A model generated the notes under the pieces. It searched no databases, had not been told where the DNA came from, and worked only from the letters and a program-made list of their open reading frames with translations. DNA of 29,206 bases from Nannocystis sp. ILAH1 (GTDB lineage Bacteria; Myxococcota_A; Polyangia; Nannocystales; Nannocystaceae). This document shows, one piece after another, positions 16,597 through 24,703 of this stretch. The stretch lies in the NCBI RefSeq assembly GCF_026626585.1, contig NZ_JAPNKD010000014.1:1-29206 (forward strand), written 5' to 3'. A program made the translations under genes and the position numbers. Each line of letters begins with the position of its first letter. The first letter of the stretch is position 1.

Positions 16597-17643
16597 TCAG
16601 GCGGCCGCGGACCAGAGTTCGCGGTCGAGGGTTTTCCAGAGGCGGCGCGCGAGGTCGGGTGCGGGCAGGCCGGCGCGCCGTTCGAGGGCTTCGTCGCGGG
16701 GTGGCGGATCGCGGAGGGCGCGGGCGGCCTGCGAGCGGGCTGTGAGAAGGCGGGTCCGTTCGTCGGCGGTCAGGAGGGGGGCGATCCAGGCGTCGATGGC
16801 CCAGGCGAGGTCGGCGTGGGCGGCCTCGTCGGCGGCGACTTCGATCATGCAGGCGCGGATCTCGGGGTCCTCGGCGGCTCGCGCCTGATGGGCGGCGAGC
16901 AGGGCGGCCCAGGTCTCGCCGACGCAGCCCTCGACTGCGTTCTCGATCGCCAGCTCGACGAGCGAACGGCTGTGCGTGGGCGCGAGCTCGACGGGGCTGG
17001 GGCGACCGCCGAGGCGGATGGCGATCGCGCCGAGGTGGTCAGCGTGGCGGGCCTCGTCGACCGCTGCGCGGAGGGCCGCGGCGATCAGATCGGCGGGGGC
17101 GTCGTGCTCGCGGAGTTCGGCCGCGAGGCGCTCGAAGGCGGGGACGCTGGCGGCCTCGAGGTGCGCGACCTCGGCGAACCACCGCGCGATGGGATCGTCG
17201 CCGCCGCTGCGACCCTCGGAGCAGAGGCCGGCGGGGCGCCGACCGCCCTTGCAGGAGGTCTCGTACTGGCAGCGGATGTCGCTCTTGCTGGCGGGAATGG
17301 CGGCGCAACCGAGCACGGTGGACGTGCGCGGGGCGTTGTCGTCGTCGACGGCGCCGGTGGTCGAGGTGGGGTCGCTGGTGGTGTCGCCGGTGGTCGAGGT
17401 GCTCGAGCTCGTGCTGCTCGGCTCGTCAGGGACAGCGGAAGGCGGCGGCGCAGGATTCATGGGGCACAGGACCTGGCACTCGGCGAGGGTGAGGTTGCCG
17501 TCCTCGATGTAGGGCGCGAGCCGGTTGGCGCCAATCGCAGTGACTTGTTCGTAAGTACAGGGGTCGTCGGCTCCGCACCCGCTCGCAGTGACCTCGGCGA
17601 GGAGCGAGGCGAACAAGAGGGAGAGTCGACGGTCGCCGAGCAT
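16597..17643 (-). CDS. Secreted/lipoprotein ferritin-like (di-iron, rubrerythrin/ferritin-like superfamily) protein: signal peptide with Cys (LLAEVTASGC), Ser/Thr-rich linker, ferritin-like four-helix region with two EXXH motifs (DEARHADH, DEAAHADL)
   Basis: ATG at 17643 (the track start at 17661 is GTG). High GC3. EXXH pairs read directly. Pattern matches the ferritin-like domain-containing protein family, from memory. Confidence 0.75.
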   Translation of the reverse strand: MLGDRRLSLLFASLLAEVTASGCGADDPCTYEQVTAIGANRLAPYIEDGNLTLAECQVLCPMNPAPPPSAVPDEPSSTSSSTSTTGDTTSDPTSTTGAVDDDNAPRTSTVLGCAAIPASKSDIRCQYETSCKGGRRPAGLCSEGRSGGDDPIARWFAEVAHLEAASVPAFERLAAELREHDAPADLIAAALRAAVDEARHADHLGAIAIRLGGRPSPVELAPTHSRSLVELAIENAVEGCVGETWAALLAAHQARAAEDPEIRACMIEVAADEAAHADLAWAIDAWIAPLLTADERTRLLTARSQAARALRDPPPRDEALERRAGLPAPDLARRLWKTLDRELWSAAA

Positions 17644-17743
17644 GCGCGAGGAGCTTAGCACGCGGCCGATGCCCCCACCGCGCGTGCGAATGCGGCCAGT
17701 CGATCGCGCAGTGTTGTGATTGCGACGGCAGAGGCCGCTGCTG

Positions 17744-19051
17744 TCAGAAGCGGCCGGTGAGGCTGACGAGGGCGCCGCGCGGGGTGGGGCTCATGCCGGC
17801 GGAGAAGCGGCGGCCGCGATCGTTGCGGTGGAGCAGCGGGACGAGGACGCCGATGGCGGTGCCGGCGACGGAGCCGAACAGGACGTCGGTCCAGAAGTGC
17901 TTGCCGGCCTCGACGCGCAGGACGCCGGTGGTGGCGGCGAGGCCGACTGCGACCAGCCAGGCCGGGACGGCGGCGCGGGCCCGCGGGTGACGCAGGGTGA
18001 AGAGGGTGGCCCAGGCGCTCATCATGGCGAAGGCGGTCGAGGTGTGACCTGAATAAAAGGACAGGCGCGCCTCCTCGGCCTGGACGTCTCCGAGGTCGCT
18101 CTCGGGCTCGTAGCTGTAGGGCCGCGGGCGGCGCACGGCGTACTTGACGAGGTTGTTGAGGCCGACGTTGACGGCGAGGACCTCGAACAGGACGACCACG
18201 TCGCGGGCCCAGCCGCCGGCGGCGTGGCGGTAGGAGCCGGGGGCGCGGCGGCCGGCGACGAGGGTGTCGGCGAGGTCGGCGACGATCGGGGCGGCGATCG
18301 CGGTGTAGAGGAGGGCGTCGGAGGCGTGGGCGGCCGCGAGGCTCTCGTTGCCGAGGACGCGCCGATCGAGGCCGTTGATGTGGCTGCGGTCGCAGGTCTG
18401 ACAGCCGGACCAGCGCATGTCGCGAGCCGCGAGATCGGTGCCGAGCCACATGACGAGGCCGAGGGCGATGACGGGGACGTCGACGGCCGGCCGCAGGCGC
18501 ATGAGGTGCGGCGGGAGGGCCGGCGGCGCGGGCGGGAGCGGGGGATCGGCGGCGGGGGTGGTGGGGACGGGCGGCGGAGATGTCCCGGAGGACATGTCTT
18601 CCGGGGCATTTGGGGAGGGATCGAGCGGGGCGGGGGCGGCTGTCCCGGGGGACATGTCGCCGGGGGCGGCCGGATTGGCTGTCCCCGAGGACGTGTCTTC
18701 GAGGGGCGGGGCGGGCGATGGCGTGACGGCTGTCCGTAGGGCCAGGTTGGCGGGTGGGATCGTGGTCAGGAGGCCTGTCTCTGGGGACAGGTGCGCAGAG
18801 GCGGGCGGCGGGACGGTCGGGGCCGCGGCCAGGGCGGATATCCCTGGGGACAGGTGGGTGGCGGCGGAGGACGGAGCGGCCGCCGACGGGAGGGCCAGCG
18901 AGGGTGTCCTCTCGGGCATGTCATCCGAGACATGTCCCGAGGGCCCGGCGGGCTGCCAGGCGCCCGGGCCGGGGGGGCGCGCCAGCGGGTGGGCGGCCGC
19001 AGGCGGGGCGGCGAGGGCGAGGACCAGGGCCAGGGACAGGCAGCGCGACAT
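17744..19051 (-). CDS. PAP2-family (acid phosphatase / phosphatidic-acid-phosphatase type 2) membrane-associated phosphatase with signal peptide and a ~200-aa Pro/Ser-rich repeat linker
   Basis: All three PAP2 motifs are present in the C-terminal part: KYAVRRPRP (KX6RP), YSGHTS (PSGH), RVEAGKHFWTD (SRX5HX3D). ATG at about 19051 begins MSRCLSLALVLALAAPPAAA. The track's TTG start at 19132 adds 27 non-signal residues. Confidence 0.8.
   Translation of the reverse strand: MSRCLSLALVLALAAPPAAAHPLARPPGPGAWQPAGPSGHVSDDMPERTPSLALPSAAAPSSAATHLSPGISALAAAPTVPPPASAHLSPETGLLTTIPPANLALRTAVTPSPAPPLEDTSSGTANPAAPGDMSPGTAAPAPLDPSPNAPEDMSSGTSPPPVPTTPAADPPLPPAPPALPPHLMRLRPAVDVPVIALGLVMWLGTDLAARDMRWSGCQTCDRSHINGLDRRVLGNESLAAAHASDALLYTAIAAPIVADLADTLVAGRRAPGSYRHAAGGWARDVVVLFEVLAVNVGLNNLVKYAVRRPRPYSYEPESDLGDVQAEEARLSFYSGHTSTAFAMMSAWATLFTLRHPRARAAVPAWLVAVGLAATTGVLRVEAGKHFWTDVLFGSVAGTAIGVLVPLLHRNDRGRRFSAGMSPTPRGALVSLTGRF
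18585..18960. repeat. Intragenic minisatellite-like array: 6-7 imperfect tandem units of about 60-66 nt, each beginning TGTCC(C/G)NGG(A/G)GGACA(T/G)GTC (palindromic GGACATGTCC / GGGGACAGGTG cores), encoding the PEDMSSGT / PGDMSPGT / HLSPE repeats of the PAP2 linker
   Basis: Read directly on both strands. Units at about 18581, 18641, 18686, 18771, 18838 and 18906. Another GGGGACAGGTG is at about 19106. Confidence 0.7.
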
Positions 19052-19195
19052 GCTCGGTCGGACGAGTATGCCCAATCGCGGCCCGGCGGCGCCGAGGGAG
19101 ATGGCTTTGGGGACAGGTGATTGCGGGCTCAAAGGCGCGTCGATCGCGCTGCGCTGGCTGAGGACGGCCGGGTCGGGCTACATTGGCGTCCAGCG

Positions 19196-20515
19196 ATGCA
19201 GACCGGGACGTACGCGGAGCTCGAGGCGCGATTGACGGGGTTGGCGACGGCGGCCGCGGGCGGGGACGCGGCGGCGTCTGGATCGCTGACGCGCGAGCTG
19301 GAGGCGCTGGCCGCGGCGCCGGCGTGCCGCGAGGGCTGGCCGCGGCCCGGCAGCGTGGCGTTCAAGGCGTTCGACGTGTTCCTCGAGGTCGAGGGGGCCG
19401 ATCGATCGTCGACGCTGGAGGGGCTCGCGGGGCCGTTCCTGCGGGCGATCGCGGCCCATCCGGAGACCCTCGGGGTGCCGCACGGCTTCCGGCCGGCGGC
19501 GACGCTCGGGTTGTCGGCGATCCCGCTGCTGGTGGCGCTGCTGGACAGCGGGCTGCGGCGGACGACGCGAGCGGCGATCGAAGCGCTCGGCGAGTACAAC
19601 CCGAACAACGAGGTCGGGTTCAAGCTGGCGGGCGAGGCGGTGAGCCGCTTGCTGGCGTACGCGGACGGCGAGGCGGTCGCGGACGGGTTGATGAAGATCG
19701 AGTGGAACGACGAGCGGCTGTGGCTGCTGTTCCGCGTGCTGGCGGACGGGAACTCGCTGCTCCCGGCGAACCGCGGGCCGGCGGCCCCGGTGGCCCTGGC
19801 GCGGCTGGTGGCGGCGACTGCCACGATCACGGGTTCGGGGGCGGACAGGCTGCGAGCGCTGCTGCTGCGGGCGAAGCTCATCCCGAAGGCGATGGCGCCG
19901 GGGATCGTGCTGGCGAGGCTGCCGAAGCAGCTGCCGCACACGGTGGCGGAGGCGCTGGCGCTGATGACCGCGTGGGAGCTGACGCCGGCCGAGGTGGCGG
20001 CGAAGGGACCGGCGCGGGCGCGCGAGATCGAGGCGCTGGCGAATCACGTGAGCGCCCGGCTGCCGCAGGAATTGAGGCAATTGCTGGCGACGCACGCGGC
20101 GCTCGGATCGCGCGACTTCGGGCCGCCGGCGCGCATGCGCCAGCTGTTCCGCGAAATGAGGGGGACGATCGAGGACGACGAGGAGGAGGCAGACGACCCG
20201 CCGAGCGGCCGCGGGCGCTACGACGTGCGCGGCTTCGATCCGGCGAAGAAGGCCATCCCGCTCGGCAGCGATCCGTCCGGCGACCTGTTCTTCCTGGCGA
20301 CGGGGGCGAAGTCGGAGGCGAACGCGGCGCCGGTGATCCGCTTCCGCCACGATCAGGCGCTGGTGGCCACGATCGCGGCCGACTCGCTCGGCGAGTACGT
20401 GGCGCTGATTTTGGCCCGCGCGTACGCCCGCCGCGAGGGGCTCGAGGCGCAGCTCGACAAGCTCGAGGGGCGCAAGCGGACGATCGTGTCGGGGTACAGG
20501 CCGCCGAAGCGATGA
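19196..20515 (+). CDS. Hypothetical protein (about 440 aa) with a C-terminal SMI1/KNR4-like (SUKH superfamily) domain; N-terminal alpha-helical region unknown
   Basis: High GC3. The C-terminal KKAIPLGSDPSGDLFFLATG....APVIRFRHDQALVATIAADSLGEYVALILA matches the SMI1/KNR4 pattern (IPhG.D..Gn.hCLD...... V..hDHD....l..IA.SF.EFL), from memory. Start could instead be the TTG at 19121 (track). Confidence 0.65.
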   Translation: MQTGTYAELEARLTGLATAAAGGDAAASGSLTRELEALAAAPACREGWPRPGSVAFKAFDVFLEVEGADRSSTLEGLAGPFLRAIAAHPETLGVPHGFRPAATLGLSAIPLLVALLDSGLRRTTRAAIEALGEYNPNNEVGFKLAGEAVSRLLAYADGEAVADGLMKIEWNDERLWLLFRVLADGNSLLPANRGPAAPVALARLVAATATITGSGADRLRALLLRAKLIPKAMAPGIVLARLPKQLPHTVAEALALMTAWELTPAEVAAKGPARAREIEALANHVSARLPQELRQLLATHAALGSRDFGPPARMRQLFREMRGTIEDDEEEADDPPSGRGRYDVRGFDPAKKAIPLGSDPSGDLFFLATGAKSEANAAPVIRFRHDQALVATIAADSLGEYVALILARAYARREGLEAQLDKLEGRKRTIVSGYRPPKR

Positions 20516-20564
20516 GCGGCTGACCGGCTGCGAGGGCTACTTCCCGCCACCAGCTACGATCCAT

Positions 20565-20604
20565 CCCTGGCAAAGTGGCCGGTTCTGGCAAAGCCCTGGC
20601 AAAG
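20565..20604. repeat. Three direct repeats of (C)CTGGCAAAG (20565, 20583, 20594) in the 160-bp convergent intergenic region between 19196-20515 (+) and the MFS gene (-)
   Basis: Read directly in a locally AT-richer stretch. Possible protein-binding array or bidirectional terminator region; no strong hairpin seen. Confidence 0.4.
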
Positions 20605-20674
20605 GGTGACGGCACTGGGGCGCGGGCGGCACGAGGAAGCGCGCCCACGGTGTCGTGCTGCGGCCGCCTGGCCT

Positions 20675-21901
20675 TCATCGCGGCGATGAGCGAGGGTGAC
20701 CTGGACGGTCCACGGTAGCCACGAGCGTCTCGTGCAGGAGCGCGAGCGCCACGGCGGTGCCCACCAGGAACCACGGGATCGCGCCGAGCCCGAGCCGTTG
20801 GCCGAGCAGGCCCGCGAGGCTGGGCATGGCGGCGATGCCCGCGGTCGCGGCGCTCACCTGAAAACCCACGGCGTGGGCCGCGTGCGACCCCATGCGGCGC
20901 GGCGTCTCGGCCATCAGAACCGGGTACATGGGGGCCAGGGCGAAGCCGAGGAGCGCGAGGCCGGTGAATGCCGCCACCGGCGGCAGGCCGGGGAGAGCGA
21001 ACACGGCCGCGCTGAGCACGGCGAGCGCGGTGGCGAGGCGCACGAGGAGCACCGGGCCCACGCGTTCGACGACGAAGCCGAGGACGATGCGGCCCGCCAA
21101 CAGGCTCGCCCAGTAGAGGCTGACCTGGGTACCGGCCTGAGATTCGTCGAGACCCCGCGCCTCGGTGAGCACGGTGAAGGCCCATTGACCCGCAGACATC
21201 TCGAGGCCCGTGTACAGGAAGAAGAACCCGAGCTGCAGCCACACGCGAGGGCGGCGCAGCACGTGAGGCCCGGCGTCTTGCTCGGCGCTCGCGGTGGAGG
21301 TCGCGGCGTCCGGGGCAGTGGCGGCGGCGCCTTCGTCCCAGCGCCGGCGGGTGAGGATGAAGGCGACCGCGAGCACACCGAGCGCCCCGGCGAGGACCGC
21401 GTATCCCGTGCGCCACCCCGCCTCGCGCGCGAGGACTGCCGTCATGAGGGCGGGCCCGAGCGCCGCGCCCAAGCTGTAGGCCGCGTGAAGCCAGGTCATG
21501 TGGCGCGCGCCGAAGTTGTGCGCGACGTAAGCGTTGAGCGCGGCATCGATGGCGCCGGAGCCGAAGCCTCCGATGCACGCCGCGGCGAGGAAGACGCCGA
21601 AGCTCGGCGCCGAAGCGAACCCCGCGACCGCCAGCGTGACGATCGCGGTGCTGCCTGCCAGGAGCGCGCCGATCCCCGCGCGGCGCATGAGGCTGCCGGC
21701 CGCCAGCCCCGAGAGGAAGTACGAGACCGCCAGAGCGGCCAGCGGCGCGCCGAGTGCCGCCTGAGGCAGCGAGAAGGCGGCGCGCAGCGACGGCCAGGCC
21801 ACTCCGAGCACCGCGTCGGGCAGCCCGAGGCTGACAAAGCCGAGGTAGGCGAGCACGAGGAGCGTGGTCAGATGACGCGAGGAGGCGGTGGGCTCGGGCA
21901 T
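20675..21901 (-). CDS. MFS (major facilitator superfamily) transporter, 408 aa, 12 predicted TM segments
   Basis: ATG at 21901 (MPEPTASSRHLTTLLVLAYLGFVSLGLPDAVLG...). The track ORF (to 22270) adds 123 Arg/Gly-rich non-membrane residues, which I exclude. Typical MFS_1 hydrophobicity pattern and a cytoplasmic loop around residues 190-220. Confidence 0.85.
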   Translation of the reverse strand: MPEPTASSRHLTTLLVLAYLGFVSLGLPDAVLGVAWPSLRAAFSLPQAALGAPLAALAVSYFLSGLAAGSLMRRAGIGALLAGSTAIVTLAVAGFASAPSFGVFLAAACIGGFGSGAIDAALNAYVAHNFGARHMTWLHAAYSLGAALGPALMTAVLAREAGWRTGYAVLAGALGVLAVAFILTRRRWDEGAAATAPDAATSTASAEQDAGPHVLRRPRVWLQLGFFFLYTGLEMSAGQWAFTVLTEARGLDESQAGTQVSLYWASLLAGRIVLGFVVERVGPVLLVRLATALAVLSAAVFALPGLPPVAAFTGLALLGFALAPMYPVLMAETPRRMGSHAAHAVGFQVSAATAGIAAMPSLAGLLGQRLGLGAIPWFLVGTAVALALLHETLVATVDRPGHPRSSPR

Positions 21902-22296
21902 GAAGGCGAGGCTGCGCGCGGCTGCAGGGGGCTTTGGCGCCCGCGCTTTTAATATGGGGCGGGGCGCACCTGCACCGGAGCGAGGTGCTCGAGGGCGCCT
22001 GCGCGCTCTCAGCGAGGGACCGCCTCTCCGTCCGCGGCGGGGGCGCAGATCCCGAAGTCGCCAGCGCTGGTGCCCGCTCGCCTCGGCTCCCTCGAAGATG
22101 TGCGCCCGCGATTCGACCCGCTCGGCCGCGATGCTGGCCGACGCCCGCCGGCCGTCGCTGGCGTGGCTCGCCCCGGCGAGAGCGCACGACACTCCCGTCA
22201 GACCAGGACGCCGGTGGGCTCCAGCCTCGTCGCAGGGGCTTCTCCGACCCGCGCTGCAAACGGCGTCCACGTCGCCTGCACGTCCCCTGGGCGGCT

Positions 22297-22312
22297 TGGC
22301 ACGGCCCCTGCT
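22297..22312 (+). promoter_or_regulatory. Sigma-54 (RpoN) type promoter TGGCACGGCCCCTGCT: -24 GG and -12 GC with exact 10-nt spacing and good flanks (TGGCAC..N..TGCT), ending ~15 nt before the ATG of 22327-23433
   Basis: Matches the consensus TGGCACG-N4-TTGCW at 11 of 12 defined positions. The implied TSS at about 22322 would make the mRNA nearly leaderless. Sigma-54 promoters with EBP activators are abundant in myxobacteria (established knowledge). Confidence 0.45.
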
Positions 22313-22326
22313 AAGGCGACATCCGC

Positions 22327-23433
22327 ATGACGACCACGACCCGCCTCCTCACCTTGTCCTCGCTCTTCCTCGCATTGCCGGCCTGTGATTCGAAGGTCGA
22401 GGGTCACCACGCGAACGACGGCGACTCCACGGCCGGCGAGGCCGACAGCGAGGGCGCCGAAGAAGGCGAGGGCGACAGCGAGGGCGAGATCAAGAGTGAG
22501 GACGAAGGCGAGCCCGAGCCCGAGCCCAAGGCGGACTTCGGCCGTGCGGGCGAGATCTGCGACCAGTCCCAGCTGTCTGGCGAGTGTCAGATCGGCGGCG
22601 TCGCCGGCCTCGAGTTCTGCGTCTGGTCGCTCGATCAGTACAGCCACATCTGGACCGCCTGTCTGACGGAGACGTGCGCCAAGGAGGGCGACTCGCGTGC
22701 CTGTGACGGCGGCACCCAGCACTGCGTCGCTTACGAGGCGACCCCCGACACCGGCGAGACGCGCTGGGGCGAGTGCGGCGAGGCCGACGAGTGCAAGCCG
22801 GGCGACAGCCAGTCGTGCGGCTTCGGCGAGGAAGAATTCGACATCGACATGGGCTGCATGGTCGACGAGGAGACCGGCCGCCACGTGTGGAACTGGGAAG
22901 ACTGCAACACCCCGCTGGTGCTGAGCTTCGGCGACGCCATCGAGTTCGCACCGACCTCCGCCTCGGCGGCCGACTTCGACATCCACGGCGGCGCGGGCAG
23001 CTGCGCCCGCGCCGACTGGCCGACCGCCGCCACCCCGTGGCTCGCGCTCGACCGCGACGGCAACGGCAGCATCGACGGCGGCCAGGAGCTGTTCGGCGCC
23101 GCCACACGCCTGTCCTTCGGGTCAGGTGTGCATAACGGCTTCCAGGCCCTCGCCGAGCTCGACAGCGACCGCGACGGCAAGATCACCGCCGCGGACGCGC
23201 GCTGGGGCGAGCTGATGCTGTGGGCCGACCACGACGCCGACCGTCGCTCGAGCGGGTGGGAGATGCTGCCGCTCGCGAGCTTCGAGATCGTCGAGATCGA
23301 CCTCGGCTTCACCACTCGCCGCGAGTGCGATGCGCGCGGCAACTGCGGCCTCGAGCGCGCCAGCTTCGTCTACCGCACCGCCGGCCAGCAGCGCTCCGGC
23401 GAGGTCGTCGACGTGCGCGTCGCCTGCGAATAA
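22327..23433 (+). CDS. Secreted acidic lipoprotein (368 aa) with Glu/Asp-rich linker, Cys-rich module and two EF-hand-like Ca-binding loops (DRDGNGSIDGGQE; DSDRDGKITAADA)
   Basis: ATG and high GC3. N-terminal MTTTTRLLTLSSLFLALPAC (lipobox-like LPAC). DxDxNG/DxDxDG loops read directly. Confidence 0.8.
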   Translation: MTTTTRLLTLSSLFLALPACDSKVEGHHANDGDSTAGEADSEGAEEGEGDSEGEIKSEDEGEPEPEPKADFGRAGEICDQSQLSGECQIGGVAGLEFCVWSLDQYSHIWTACLTETCAKEGDSRACDGGTQHCVAYEATPDTGETRWGECGEADECKPGDSQSCGFGEEEFDIDMGCMVDEETGRHVWNWEDCNTPLVLSFGDAIEFAPTSASAADFDIHGGAGSCARADWPTAATPWLALDRDGNGSIDGGQELFGAATRLSFGSGVHNGFQALAELDSDRDGKITAADARWGELMLWADHDADRRSSGWEMLPLASFEIVEIDLGFTTRRECDARGNCGLERASFVYRTAGQQRSGEVVDVRVACE

Positions 23434-23519
23434 TAAGACATGTCCACGGGGCGGCACGCTGGACATCACCTCACCTCGGCCCGGGCGCCGCAGCGACGAG
23501 GTTTGGCTGTGCGTGCTGC

Positions 23520-24080
23520 TCACCCGTCGACGACGACGCGTAGATCCGGGGTAGCGACCGCAGCAGAGGCTCCCTGGGGTGACCGTGAGCTCCGCGCGTC
23601 GAGCAGGCGGCGTAGACCGAGCCTCGTGGCGGCTGCACCGCCTTTCCCGATGGTCAGGAGCACGGGGGCAGCGAGACCGCCAGTGAGGGCGACCGCGCAG
23701 GCCGCGAGGAGTACGCCAGCCGAGGTCGATACGACGCGGGTGCCGGCTTCGACGGCCGCGTGCGCACACGCTTGTTCGCCGGTCATCTCTCCGCGCTGGT
23801 AGGCGAGCAGACCCTTGACCGCGCCGACGGTGGCGTCGACGGCAAGCCCAATTGCACCGATCCGGATCGTGGCTCGCAGGAGATGGGACATTGTGGCCCG
23901 GGTCGCCGTCGCTCGGGCGGCGTCGCCGGTCCAATGATGGGCACATTGCAGGCCGATGGACGCCGCCGCGCGCGAAGCCTCGACGGAGCGCGAGGGGATG
24001 GCCGTCGCGGCTACGCCGGTGGCGCCGGTGATGATGTTGGCCATGACCATGGGGCGCTGATGACGGAGCATGTCGTCCAT
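23520..24080 (-). CDS. Hypothetical small membrane protein (186 aa), 3 hydrophobic Gly/Ala-rich segments (glycine-zipper-like)
   Basis: ATG at 24080. GC3 about 85-90% in the checked codons. Non-Arg-rich composition, unlike the overlapping 23122-24321 shadow ORF. Confidence 0.5.
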   Translation of the reverse strand: MDDMLRHQRPMVMANIITGATGVAATAIPSRSVEASRAAASIGLQCAHHWTGDAARATATRATMSHLLRATIRIGAIGLAVDATVGAVKGLLAYQRGEMTGEQACAHAAVEAGTRVVSTSAGVLLAACAVALTGGLAAPVLLTIGKGGAAATRLGLRRLLDARSSRSPQGASAAVATPDLRVVVDG

Positions 24081-24226
24081 GGTCGTGAAATCTACTGAGC
24101 CGCTGCGCGCGGGCTCGCGTCTGGCTCGTGTGGCTGCGAGGCGGTTCGCGCGCTCGCCGGGGGAGCGTCGTCACCGCCTGAGAGAAGGCGGACTCTGGCG
24201 GACAACGAACGACCCTGTGCGGTCCG

Positions 24227-24430
24227 CTACTCCCATTCGGGGTACGCCGGTTTCCTCGACTCGACCGGGCCGCCGTACCGAACCGTGAACGAGGCGCCCC
24301 CTGCGGCGGCGCAGCGCACACCCCCGGAGTCGCCCCACCAGGAGTCTTCGGGAGGCGCCTGGGCTTGCAGGCGCCGCCTCGGCGCCCAGGTCGCGGTCGC
24401 TGCGAGCGCCTCGCGGATGGTCTTGCTCAT
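24227..24430 (-). CDS. Possible small protein (67 aa, MSKTIREALAATATWAPRRRLQAQAPPEDSWWGDSGGVRC...), unknown function
   Basis: ATG start and GC3 about 87%, but short, no SD, and in a locally low-GC intergenic stretch; weak. Confidence 0.25.
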   Translation of the reverse strand: MSKTIREALAATATWAPRRRLQAQAPPEDSWWGDSGGVRCAAAGGASFTVRYGGPVESRKPAYPEWE

Positions 24431-24454
24431 GCTGTCACAGCAGGTCCATGACGT

Positions 24455-24479
24455 CTTGATCCTCTGCGACTGGATCAAG
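24455..24479. promoter_or_regulatory. 8-bp inverted repeat CTTGATCC-N9-GGATCAAG in a low-GC island 25-50 bp upstream of the possible small ORF; operator-like
   Basis: Read directly. The surrounding 24420-24540 is markedly less GC-rich than its flanks. Confidence 0.3.
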
Positions 24480-24703
24480 GCCCCTCGGGACACGGCTGAG
24501 CCAGCTTGCGCGAAAGCGCCCATATGGTCTTGGAGGGGCATGCCCAGGCCAGTCCAGGCGGACGTCGCCCGCTCCCGAGCGACGTCCGACGACGTCCTCG
24601 CGGCGTGCGCGGACGACTCGAACGCGCCGCCCGGGGCCCGGGTCGTTCGACGCGTCCCCGGGCGAGGTCCGACGATTTGCTCGGCAGCCGGTGCTCGCCT
24701 CGA

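Noticed and set aside
18960-19200. 1-nt disagreement between my manual coordinate reading and the ORF track around 19.0-19.2 kb
   Set aside because: Most likely my transcription error, not a real frameshift: the two track ORFs 18791..19120 and 19121..20515 read cleanly under the track's coordinates, and the PAP2 frame (17744..19132) is continuous. I used track coordinates.
19878-22259. 793-aa minus ORF spanning the MFS gene region
   Set aside because: Arg/Pro/Ala shadow frame. The MFS frame (20675-21901) has 12 clear hydrophobic spans.
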